Source of the DNA: an uncultured Thermoleophilia bacterium
Lineage (GTDB): Bacteria > Actinomycetota > Thermoleophilia > UBA2241
Direction of reading: 5' to 3'
NCBI GenBank assembly: GCA_963702475.1
Contig: CAVPCT010000003.1
Location: forward strand, 352,001-416,000
DNA: 64,000 nucleotides
The position numbers and the translations under genes are program-made. How positions within the stretch are numbered: the stretch's first letter is position 1; the number at the start of each line of letters is the position of its first letter. Below, piece after piece: positions 33,762-42,271 of this stretch. The notes below the pieces were generated by a model that saw only the letters and a list, made by a program, of their open reading frames with translations, ran no database searches and was not told where the DNA came from.

Positions 33762-34799
33762 TCACTCGGTCTTCTCGACCCAGCCCGTGTACACGAACGT
33801 GTCGCCGGGCACGATGTCGCGCGGCTCGGGGAAGAACCAGAAGCCGTGGTACGTGAGCCCCACGTAGGCGCCCGACCCGGCCGCCGTCCAGGACATGAAG
33901 TGCTCGAACCGCGGACCGGGGCCACGCACGTCGAGCTCCGCCGGCGCCTTCCAGGATCCGTCCTGGTTCCTGACGGTGCTCCACGAGCGATAGTCGATGC
34001 TGCCGTCCGTGCGCGGGTAGCCGATCTCCTCCACCTCACCCTCCACGCGGCCGCTCAGGCGCGGATCCGACTGCTCGACGTCCCAGACCCAGGGCTGGTC
34101 GTCGTCGTAGGACGTGCGCACCGTGGTCGCGATGCCGACGACGGGCCTCCAGTCCACCGGCGTCGTGCCGGGCCCCGGGGTGGGCGGCACCGGGCTGCCG
34201 TCGGCCGTCTCGATCCGGCCCGCGTACACGATCTCGATGTCGGGCGTGAAGCCCTCGCCTGCCTCCACGAACGTCGCCGTCGCGCGATAGACGAGGCCGG
34301 TGTACTCCCCGGTCCCCTTCATCGTCAGGCGCAGGTAGTGCACGTCGCCGCCGGCGGCGACGCCCCCCGTCCACTTCCCGGTCCAGGCGCCGGCCGCGTT
34401 GCGCACGACGCTGGTGCCCCGGAGGGCGGCGCTCATGTCCGCCTGGCGCTGGTCGACGTTGATCACGACGACGTGGTTGCCGCTCAGGCGGGGGTCGGAG
34501 CTCTTCTGCAGCAGCTTCCACTGGGCGTGACGCATGCGCTTGACCCCGTCGACCGTCGTGACGCTCCGGTAGTCTCCGGTGTCGTACACCCTGCCGATGC
34601 AGACGACCGGCAGCATGCCGCGGAACTCCGCGACGGGTGCCGGCGGCGCGCTCGCGACCGGCGTGGCGCCGGCCGCCACCGGCGCGGAGGCTGCGCCCCC
34701 GCCGGTGGTGCCGCACGCCGACAGACCGGCGGTCGCCAGAGCAGCGGCCAGCAGCGCGTATAGCGCGAACAGCGTCCCCCACAAGGCCCTTCCAGACAT
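33762..34799 (-). CDS. Putative lipoprotein with duplicated beta-rich domain (SDPRLSG x2)
   Basis: Lipobox LSAC; RBS GAGGAGAGG; paralog of the 32640-33674 protein. Confidence 0.8.
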   Translation of the reverse strand: MSGRALWGTLFALYALLAAALATAGLSACGTTGGGAASAPVAAGATPVASAPPAPVAEFRGMLPVVCIGRVYDTGDYRSVTTVDGVKRMRHAQWKLLQKSSDPRLSGNHVVVINVDQRQADMSAALRGTSVVRNAAGAWTGKWTGGVAAGGDVHYLRLTMKGTGEYTGLVYRATATFVEAGEGFTPDIEIVYAGRIETADGSPVPPTPGPGTTPVDWRPVVGIATTVRTSYDDDQPWVWDVEQSDPRLSGRVEGEVEEIGYPRTDGSIDYRSWSTVRNQDGSWKAPAELDVRGPGPRFEHFMSWTAAGSGAYVGLTYHGFWFFPEPRDIVPGDTFVYTGWVEKTE

Positions 34800-34839
34800 G
34801 GCCTCTCCTCCCTCTCGGCGGAGAGGTTCTCCGCTCACC

Positions 34840-34872
34840 CAGACAGACCGGGAGGCCGGGCCGCTTCTTCGC
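34840..34872 (-). promoter_or_regulatory. Putative ECF-sigma promoter, copy 1
   Basis: GCGAAGAAGCGG-N8-CCCGGTCTGTCTG; the same motif and spacing occur at 37338-37370. Confidence 0.65.
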
Positions 34873-34969
34873 CGCCGCCGTTGGCCGGGGGGTTGGCTCG
34901 TGTGCGGCAGGGAGTGCTGGTCGATCAAGGGGTTGGGAGCCCGCTACCCGCGGGCGCACTCCACCTTTC

Positions 34970-35205
34970 AGTCCGCCTCGCGCGGGGCCCTCTCGGGCCG
35001 CGAATCGCTCAACAGCACTCCGGCGGCTTCGCACGCTACGGGCGTTAGTCCGCCTCGCGCGGGGCCCTCTCGGGCCGCGAGTCGCTCACTAGCGCTACGG
35101 CAACTGCGTCGCCTGCGGGCATTAGTCCGCCTCGCGCGGGGCCCTCTCGGGCCGCGAATCGCTCAACAGCACTCCGGCGGCTTCGCACGCTACGGGCGTT
35201 AGTCC
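34970..35205. repeat. Three 77-bp tandem structured repeats (units 1 and 3 identical, unit 2 variant)
   Basis: AGTCCGCCTCGCGCGGGGCCCTCTCGGGCCGCGA starts at 34970, 35047 and 35124; partial AGTCC at 35201. Confidence 0.95.
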
Positions 35206-36620
35206 TGGGTCGCCGGAGCCGCCGGGTACGCCTGCAGCGAGTTCGCGACCTCGAGGAGCTCCTCGGCCGTGGCCGCTCCCGCGATCGTCAGGAGGACGCC
35301 TTCCTTGACGGCCCAGAGGTGAGGCGCGGACGACGTGGTCGCGACCACGATGCTCGCCGTCTGGCCGGCGAAGGCGCCGGAGGTGATCGGGGCCCGCGTG
35401 AGGACCAGCGCGGTCCAGGAGGGGTCGTACGCGTCCACCGGGTCCTCGCGCGCCGTGTAGTACGGGTCGGCGATGGTGCGCGTGGAGACCGTGAGCGCGT
35501 CGAAGCCGTGCGTGTACTGCAGCTCGAAGATGTGACGCGTGCGGACGAGGTGGTTCGCCGTGAGTGCCTCCTCCGCCACTGCCGCGGCGGCCAGGCTGAA
35601 GCCGGACGGCACGAACCCAGGCACGAGCGGCGTCACTCCCGGGAGCCCGCCCGCCTCCTCCAAGGTGACGCGCCGGAAGCCCGCGTCCATGTGCCGGACC
35701 GGCCGCCTCTCGGCCGCCGGCAGCGAGAACGCGTTCGCCGGCAGTGGCTCGTTGTAGCGGACGTCCAGGTACCGCAGGTCGGCGATGAGCACCCCTCCTT
35801 CGATTTGCTGGAAGCGAAGGGGGAGCCACGTGCGCTTGTCGACCGTGACCTTGTAGACGGGCCAGTCGACGGTCGAGCCGGAGACCGCTCGCTTGCCGAT
35901 GTCCCCCTTCGTGCAGGTCACCGTCCAGGCCGGACGGCCGTCCACCACGGTGTCCTCGAGGGTGAAGGCGCCGGCCGCCTCCATGGCGCGCCCGCCGCTC
36001 CCGAAGTCGACCCCCGTCAGCGGGTCGGCGGGCGCGTCCGGCGGCCCGAGCGGGACGTTGCGCGTGACGACCAGTCCTCGTCCTGCGCGGTAGTGGCCGA
36101 GGACGCTTGTCTTGGCGTCGTAGACGAGGACGTCGGTCGGCTGCGCGGAAGCGGACGCGCCGGACCCGCCGTGGCGGGTCCGCCCCAGCTGGGTGAGGCG
36201 GTAGCTGCCGTCGGCGCTCTGCAGCAGGTGGTAGCGGAGGTAGTCGTAGTGGTAGCCGATCAGGGACCGGTTCCAGTCGGTGGCCTTGAGCGTCACGTCG
36301 GCCTGCCAGGTGCGTCCAGACGACGAGGCGGTCAGCACGCGCTTGAGTATCGTGCCGGCGTCGACGGGCTCCGGGCCGCGAGAGCGCGGCAGACCGAAGA
36401 GGACGGCCGCGGCGGCCACCGCGACGACGGCGGTGGCGACGGCGGCGAGGCGCAGGCGCCGGCCGCCGAGGGTGGCGCGCAGTCGTTGTGCGAGACTGGG
36501 GTGCGGTTCTGCGGCGGCGCGAAGCTGCAGGCGGAGCCGATCCCAGTAGTCCGGCGCGTGGTCCGGCTCGGCGATGCTCTCGAGCCGGCGTCCGAGCTCG
36601 ATGTCGCGCTGCTCGTTCAC
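35199..36620 (-). CDS. Putative anti-sigma factor: cytoplasmic N-terminus, TM helix, LolA/RseB-like extracellular domain
   Basis: GTGA overlap with the ECF sigma gene; ELGRRL...DH.PDYW..L, single TM, VDKRTWLP...YNEPLP..F. Confidence 0.75.
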   Translation of the reverse strand: MNEQRDIELGRRLESIAEPDHAPDYWDRLRLQLRAAAEPHPSLAQRLRATLGGRRLRLAAVATAVVAVAAAAVLFGLPRSRGPEPVDAGTILKRVLTASSSGRTWQADVTLKATDWNRSLIGYHYDYLRYHLLQSADGSYRLTQLGRTRHGGSGASASAQPTDVLVYDAKTSVLGHYRAGRGLVVTRNVPLGPPDAPADPLTGVDFGSGGRAMEAAGAFTLEDTVVDGRPAWTVTCTKGDIGKRAVSGSTVDWPVYKVTVDKRTWLPLRFQQIEGGVLIADLRYLDVRYNEPLPANAFSLPAAERRPVRHMDAGFRRVTLEEAGGLPGVTPLVPGFVPSGFSLAAAAVAEEALTANHLVRTRHIFELQYTHGFDALTVSTRTIADPYYTAREDPVDAYDPSWTALVLTRAPITSGAFAGQTASIVVATTSSAPHLWAVKEGVLLTIAGAATAEELLEVANSLQAYPAAPATQD

Positions 36621-37315
36621 GGCTCCAGCTCACGGCCGACTGTGGCGCCGAGGCTGTGGCGTAGCCTGGCTCGTGCCGAGGACAGGCGCGAGGCCAAGGT
36701 CCCCATGGGTACGCCGAGGATGTCCGCCGCCGCCGAGTAGTCGAAGCCCTCGCGGTCGACCAGCAGGACGGCCAGACGTTGTTCGGGCGACAGGGCGGAC
36801 AGGGCCGCCGCGAGTGCCTCGCGGACCGCCAGCGCGTCGGCGGGGTCCGGGTCACAGTCGTCTGGCTCGGGCATCTCCTCCGGAGGTAGAGGGACCAGCC
36901 GCCTGGACCGCGCTACGGCGTCGCAGCAGGCGCGGTAGGTGATGCGGCAGAGCCAGGTGCTCAGCGACGCCTCCCCGCGAAAGCCGGCGAGCGAGCGGTA
37001 GACCCTGAGCGAGACCTCCTGGAGGACGTCGTCCATCAGCTGGCGGTCCGCCAGCGTGTGATAGGCGACGATGCGCAGGCGGCGGTCGTAGTGCCGCATG
37101 ACGGCGATGAACGCCTCGCCGTCGCCGGCTGCGGCCGCGGCGAGGACGCTCGGGTCGATCTCCTCGGTCCTCCGGGCCACGGCAGACACGGCCGCCCCTC
37201 CCTCCGGACGCCTGACCCTCCTCTGGATGAACGTACCACTCCCGGGGAGTCGCAGGCCCGTTGCCGCGAGGGCGCTGTCGGCCCCAACACGAGCCGCGAC
37301 CGTCGTCGCGTGCAT
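36617..37315 (-). CDS. ECF RNA polymerase sigma factor (alternative start GTG 37189)
   Basis: GD.EAF, DDVLQEV.LR.YR.L..FRGE.S..TWL.RI, L.PEQR.AV.L...EG.DY...A.ILGVP.GT..SRL..AR. Confidence 0.92.
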   Translation of the reverse strand: MHATTVAARVGADSALAATGLRLPGSGTFIQRRVRRPEGGAAVSAVARRTEEIDPSVLAAAAAGDGEAFIAVMRHYDRRLRIVAYHTLADRQLMDDVLQEVSLRVYRSLAGFRGEASLSTWLCRITYRACCDAVARSRRLVPLPPEEMPEPDDCDPDPADALAVREALAAALSALSPEQRLAVLLVDREGFDYSAAADILGVPMGTLASRLSSARARLRHSLGATVGRELEP

Positions 37316-37337
37316 GGCTCCTCTCCCTCCTCTCGGT

Positions 37338-37370
37338 CAGATAGACCGGGGAAGGGCACCGTTTCTTCGC
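37338..37370 (-). promoter_or_regulatory. Putative ECF-sigma promoter, copy 2 (autoregulatory)
   Basis: GCGAAGAAACGG-N8-CCCGGTCTATCTG, 22 nt upstream of the sigma ATG. Confidence 0.65.
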
Positions 37371-37430
37371 GGGGGAGAAAGGGCGAGAGCCAACCGAAGG
37401 TGGGCGGTGCCCTGTGGCGCCACCCGGGAT

Positions 37431-38123
37431 TCAGTTCCCCGAGAGCACCCAGTCCTTGGCGGCTGCCAGGTGCACCTTGAGGGTGTACCCTGCGCCGCCG
37501 TCGGTGACGGAGTACGCGAAGTCGCCGTTGCCCGTCCCCTGCGCCATGGGCGCGTGCGTCCAGGGGTTCTGCGGCCACACGGGCACGCCGGGCTGCAGGC
37601 CGACCGCGCCGGCGGCGCCCAGGTCGGCCCCGGCCGGCGGCGTGCCGCCGTGGCCGGCCCTCCACGCCTCGACATAGCTCTGCAGCAGCGCCAGGCCGGC
37701 CTTGCTCGCGTCGTCGCGGTCGGTCTTGAGCCACGCCGGGACGCCCCCGGTGAGCTTGTAGTCGCCGCTCGACAGGTGGCCGATGAGCGTGTAGCCGGTG
37801 CCGTCGGCTTTCAATCTGTAGGTGTAGGTGCCCCTGCTGGTGCCCGGAGCCATGGTCTTGCCGGTCCACGGGTTGCCCGGCCACACCGGCGCCACCAGGG
37901 CGCCGCCCTTCTTGACGTCGGCGACAGCGGGGTAGGTGAAGCCGTCCTTCTCCGCCTGGGTGTTGACGTAGCCCTGCAACAGCAGGACGTTCATCTGCAC
38001 CTGCTTGTCGACGAAGCTCGGGGCGGCGGCGGCCTGCTGCGGCAGCGCCGCGGCCGTGAAGAAGGAGAGCGCCGCGGCCGCGAGCACCGCGGCGCCGCGC
38101 CTCAGCGGGACATGTTTCGGCAT
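37431..38123 (-). CDS. Secreted protein with two pilin/GspG-head-like WPxNP domains
   Basis: RR-containing signal ending AAA; repeats WPGNPWTG..M..G...G.YTY and WPQNPWT..PM..G...G.FAY. Confidence 0.75.
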   Translation of the reverse strand: MPKHVPLRRGAAVLAAAALSFFTAAALPQQAAAAPSFVDKQVQMNVLLLQGYVNTQAEKDGFTYPAVADVKKGGALVAPVWPGNPWTGKTMAPGTSRGTYTYRLKADGTGYTLIGHLSSGDYKLTGGVPAWLKTDRDDASKAGLALLQSYVEAWRAGHGGTPPAGADLGAAGAVGLQPGVPVWPQNPWTHAPMAQGTGNGDFAYSVTDGGAGYTLKVHLAAAKDWVLSGN

Positions 38124-38259
38124 GGGTGCCTCCTCGAAACGCCTCGGAGTGTCGTCTCAGTGTCTCCGCCCCGCCTCTCCGCGGTCAACCGCGGCGGCGA
38201 CCTGTGCCATGGTGTGCGGTCCGGTGCCGGGCTACTGCATTTGGTCTAGGATGCGGGGC

Positions 38260-39648
38260 ATGGAACCCCGCTTCCCCACCCGCATGGGCGACGGCTTCAT
38301 GGTCGAGAGGACGCGCAGCGAGCTGCGCGCCGACATCGAGGACGCGACGCGTGAGGCGGCGCGCAAGGCCAAGGCGCCGCCACTTGCCTCCGACGAGCAA
38401 GAACACCTGCTCGACATCTACGCCTCTCGCGCGGCCTTCACGGCCGTCGACATCGGCGACCAGGTCGTGCTGAGCTGCGATGGCGGCGGCAGCAAGATGA
38501 CCGGCACCGACCTGCTCGACCTCCTGGAGAGCGAACAGCGTCTGGGCCAGGACATCCTCGAGCTGTGGCACATCGAGTACAGCTACAAGGCCATCAAGAC
38601 GATCCTGCCGTTCCAGCAGCAGGTGATGCAGAACGTCCAGCTGATGCTCACCGCTCCGGTGCAGTACGGCGCCCAGCCCAACCTCGCCTTCTACAGCCGG
38701 CCGGACGGGCCGTGCGAGAACTGGTTCGAGCTGCTGCCGCGTGGCGACGTGGCGGGCGCCCGCGCGGCCGTCGAGGAGGCCATGGAGTACGCCACGCAGG
38801 ACTTCGTGTACGTGGCGGACGGCATGATCGAGGCCGGCGCCGACGGCGTGGACTTCGACACCACCGGAGGCGCCGGCGACGCCGACCTCTTCAGCACCCT
38901 CCGCGCCGTGAAGCACGTCCGCGAGCGGTACCCGGAGGCCGGCGTGGAGCTCGGCATGGCCGGAGAGTTCGTGATCGGCGTGCACGGCGAGCTCGCCTGG
39001 GACGGCCGGCGGCTCGCCGGCCTCTGGCCCAAGGGCCAGCTCGAGGTCGCGCAGGACGCCGGCGCCACCATCTTCGGACCGGCCGTCAACATCCGCACCG
39101 GCCGGTCCTGCTGCTGGAACACGGCGTACTCGCTCACCGTCATCAAGCCGTGTATGGAGGTAGCGCGCATCCCCGTCCACGTGAACGTGGGCGAAGGGGT
39201 CTGCGGCGTGCCCGTGAACGGCTACCCGCCCGAGGACGCGTCGTCACGGGCGGCCAAGGCGCACGTGGAGATCCTCGGCTGCGACGGCTTGTAGGTCGGC
39301 TCGGGTGACTCCAGGGGCATGGACGTCACCCACGCGCTCGCCGCGGGCATGGGCGGCATGCGCACGGCCGGAGACCTGGTCGCGCGCCTGCAGATGTCCC
39401 GGGGCATGCGCCTCACGGAGGCGAAACGGTACGTCGCGGAACGGCTGGCTTGCTCGGTCGGTGATCTGAGCGACAGCTACGCGATGGAGCAGCTGCGCGG
39501 CGAGCTGGGTCTGGGGCGGATCCTCGACCACTCGAACCTGCACCCCGGCAAGCCGAACGCGCTGGCGGCGAAGTTCCGTATCGCTGAACTGCTCGGCCTG
39601 CGGATCAACTCGGTGGAGCGCTTTCGGGAGCTGGCGGGGCTGGCGTGA
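38260..39648 (+). CDS. mtbB: Dimethylamine:corrinoid methyltransferase MtbB, predicted pyrrolysine at the in-frame TAG 39292-39294 (codon 345; 462 aa)
   Basis: TRMGDG, EL.HIEYSYK, YGAQPNL..Y..PDGP.EN, GADGVDFDTTG.AGDAD, GMAGE.V.G.HG.L..DG..LAGLWP, FGP.VN, DGL*VGSGD..GM, GMR.AGDLVAR, INS. Confidence 0.95.
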
Positions 39649-40120
39649 CGGCGGCGCGGCGGGCGGCGCGCATGGCCGCGCCGACGGTCAGCGAGGCCAG
39701 CCCGATCGGCACCAGCAGGATGCCCGTGAGCAACGTCAGGTAGAGGCCCAGACCTGGCCGGTACAGGTCGATCATCGAATCGGCCGCCGCGACCGACTCC
39801 ACCGCGTATACCGCGCCGGCAGCCACGACGACGAGGCTCAACGCGATCGTGACGCGCCGCGGCCCCAGCACGAGCAGCAGGACGGCCGCAGCCAGCGCCG
39901 CGAGCGCGGCCGCCAGCACCGGTGGCCCCCACTGCGTCTGCAGCACGCCGACCACCTCGGGCGGCTTGCTGAGGCCGAAGTTCACGGACTGCTCCGTGTA
40001 GTGGTTGGCCCACGGCAGGAAGAGCGAGACCACGCCGACGGCGCCGCCGGCGATCATCAGGGCGGCGTAGCCGACCCAGTCGGCGCGGGTGAAGCGGTGT
40101 CTGCGGCGCGCGAGCTTCAT
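39605..40120 (-). CDS. Hypothetical multi-pass membrane protein
   Basis: RBS GGAGGAGAAGG; SLFLPW and PGLGLYL motifs, 4 TM helices; overlaps the mtbB 3' end convergently. Confidence 0.7.
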   Translation of the reverse strand: MKLARRRHRFTRADWVGYAALMIAGGAVGVVSLFLPWANHYTEQSVNFGLSKPPEVVGVLQTQWGPPVLAAALAALAAAVLLLVLGPRRVTIALSLVVVAAGAVYAVESVAAADSMIDLYRPGLGLYLTLLTGILLVPIGLASLTVGAAMRAARRAAVTPAPPAPESAPPS

Positions 40121-40251
40121 GGTCCCGACCTTCTCCTCCCGGGCTGGATACCGCTCAAGGCGGTTCCGCCAAACGCCAGACCGCACAGATGGCTGCAGGA
40201 TGAGTCCGGAGCGGCCGATAGTCCACCTGACACCTGCGAGGGAGGAGCGAG

Positions 40252-40629
40252 ATGAGACGATCCGTGATCTGCCTGGCCGCCGCGCTGGCCGTGCTCGCGC
40301 TCGCGGCGGCACTCGGCGCCTGTGGCTCCGAGGACATCCAGACACCGACCGACACCATCGACATCGCCAAGGACCAGGCCGTCAAGGCGCAGATCATGAT
40401 GATCAAGACGGGCGTGACTGCCTACGTCCAGCTGAACGGCGTGGCGCCTGCGAACGCGTCCGCGGAGACGCTCGGGAGCTTCGTGCAGCCCTGGCCGGAC
40501 AACCCCTTCACGCAGGCGCCGATGAAGCAGGGCAAGGAGCCGGGCGACATCGCCTATGCGCCCGGCGCCGGCACGGCCTACACCCTCGGCGTGGTGGTGT
40601 CCGACGGCAGCGTGTACAACGCGCCGTGA
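40252..40629 (+). CDS. Lipoprotein with pilin/GspG-head-like WPxNP domain
   Basis: Lipobox LGAC; KDQAVKAQI..I..GV.AY...WPDNPFT..PM. Confidence 0.78.
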   Translation: MRRSVICLAAALAVLALAAALGACGSEDIQTPTDTIDIAKDQAVKAQIMMIKTGVTAYVQLNGVAPANASAETLGSFVQPWPDNPFTQAPMKQGKEPGDIAYAPGAGTAYTLGVVVSDGSVYNAP

Positions 40630-40663
40630 GGTGAGATGTCGCCGCCCGGTAGAGCTCGCGCGG

Positions 40664-40765
40664 GTCGTGCCGGAGGATGGCGCCGCGGCCGACGAACTGC
40701 TGGCTTCGGGCGACGACGCTCTCTACAGGGCCAAGCACGAGGGCCGAGACAGAGTGTGCGTCGCG
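40664..40765 (+). pseudogene. Remnant of a GGDEF-domain C-terminus
   Basis: VVPEDGAAADELLASGDDALYRAKHEGRDRVCVA matches the D.ALY.AK..GR.RV end of GGDEF domains; no GGDEF core upstream. Confidence 0.6.
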
Positions 40766-40875
40766 AGGGGGCTCGCCGCCGAGGGCGGCGCCGGCGCGAC
40801 TCTCGATCGCCTGCCGGCTCCTGCCCCGCAGCCGGCTGGTTCCGAGGCTCGTCCCGGCGGCAGCGCGACGCGGCG

Positions 40876-42252
40876 TCACGCCCCTATGAGGCGCTTCACG
40901 TAGGTCGCCCGCCTGCTGGGCCGGCCGCTGGCCAGCTCGGTCTCGTCGGCGCTGCTCATGGCCCGCAACGCGGCGTTGACCCCGAGCCAGCGCAGCGGTT
41001 CGCGCTCCCAGAGCGGCGACCGGTGGTCTGCCCAGGGCAGGTCCGTCAGGGGGGTCCTCCGGTCCAGGATCAGGTCGCGAAGCGTGCGGCCGGCGAGGTT
41101 GGTGGTCGCCACGCCGTCACCGATGTAGCCGCCTGCCCACGCCATACCGGTGCCGCGGTCGAGACCCACCGAGGAGTACCAGTCGCGCGGCGCCGCGACG
41201 GCGCCGCCCCAGTGGTGCGTCACGCGCACGCCGCTGAGCGCCGGGAAGAGCTCGGCGAGCAGCTCCGTGAGGTGCCGGCGCACGTGCTCGTCCCGCTCGA
41301 AGCGTTCGTTCAGCCGCGAGCCGGCGTGGTAGGGGGCGCCGCGCCCACCCAGCGCGATGCGGCCGTCGTCGGTGCGTGCCGCATAGTAGATGAGGTAGCG
41401 GAAGTCGCCGAACACCTCGCGTCCGGCCCAGCCGATCTCGTCCCATGCCTGGGCCGGGAGCGGCTCGGTGCCGATCATCAGCGAGTAGATCGGCACTACC
41501 GTGCGCGCGCACCCGGGGAGCTGCGGCGTGAACGCCTCGGTGGCGCGGACGATCACCTCGGCGCGCACCGCGCCGCACGGCGTGTGGGCGCACCGCGGCT
41601 CCAGGCGCGTGACCGGGGTGCGCTCGTAGATGCGCACCCCCCGTCGCTCGACGGCCGCGGCCAGGCCGCGCGCCAGTCTGGCCGGGTCCACGCACGCCGC
41701 GTGCGGCGAGTAGCCGGCGCCCAGGCAGCCGGCCACGCGCACGCGTGCGCGCGCTTCGGCCGCCGCGAGCTGACGGTAGTCCTCCTCGCCGAAGCCCCAT
41801 GACCGCTCCCACGCCACGGCGTCGCGCAGGCGCAGCAGCTGTACCGGCGTGGCCGCCAGGTCGAGGGTCCCGCCGCGGTGGAAACGCGCCTCGATGCCCT
41901 CCTCGGCGACCACGCGACCGATCTCGTCCACGGTCGCGTGCAGGGCGCGCTGCTGATCGACGACCTTCTGGCGCCCGTGACGCCGAGCGGCCTTCTCGCG
42001 AGAGCCGGGGAACGTGGTGTGGCACCAGCCGCCGTTGCGCCCCGAGGCTCCGAACCCGGCGATCTCCCGCTCCAGCACCGCGATGCGCAGGTGGGGGTCG
42101 GCCCCGGCCAGGTAGTACGCCGTCCACAGTCCCGTGAACCCGGCCCCCACGATGGCCACGTCGACGTCCAGGTCCCCCGGCAGGGACGGCCGTGGCGTGA
42201 GGCTCTCTTCCAGACCGTCGAGCCAGAGACTGCGTGCGCGGTAGTCGGTCAA
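40876..42252 (-). CDS. FAD-dependent amine oxidoreductase (DAO/PuuB-like)
   Basis: TTG start with RBS GAGGAG; GAGFTGLWTAY, GASGRNGGW, GGY.GDGV. Confidence 0.88.
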   Translation of the reverse strand: MTDYRARSLWLDGLEESLTPRPSLPGDLDVDVAIVGAGFTGLWTAYYLAGADPHLRIAVLEREIAGFGASGRNGGWCHTTFPGSREKAARRHGRQKVVDQQRALHATVDEIGRVVAEEGIEARFHRGGTLDLAATPVQLLRLRDAVAWERSWGFGEEDYRQLAAAEARARVRVAGCLGAGYSPHAACVDPARLARGLAAAVERRGVRIYERTPVTRLEPRCAHTPCGAVRAEVIVRATEAFTPQLPGCARTVVPIYSLMIGTEPLPAQAWDEIGWAGREVFGDFRYLIYYAARTDDGRIALGGRGAPYHAGSRLNERFERDEHVRRHLTELLAELFPALSGVRVTHHWGGAVAAPRDWYSSVGLDRGTGMAWAGGYIGDGVATTNLAGRTLRDLILDRRTPLTDLPWADHRSPLWEREPLRWLGVNAALRAMSSADETELASGRPSRRATYVKRLIGA

Positions 42253-42271
42253 GGTGCGCTCCTCGACGTGA

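Noticed and set aside
34970-35205. CRISPR array (about 42-bp palindromic repeat plus 35-bp spacers)
   Set aside because: Spacers 1 and 3 are identical and spacer 2 is homologous to them; no cas genes in the window. It is a tandem repeat.
31932-39294. mttB and mtbB as nonsense-mutated pseudogenes
   Set aside because: Each has exactly one stop, both are TAG, both lie at the known Pyl position, and downstream motifs are intact.
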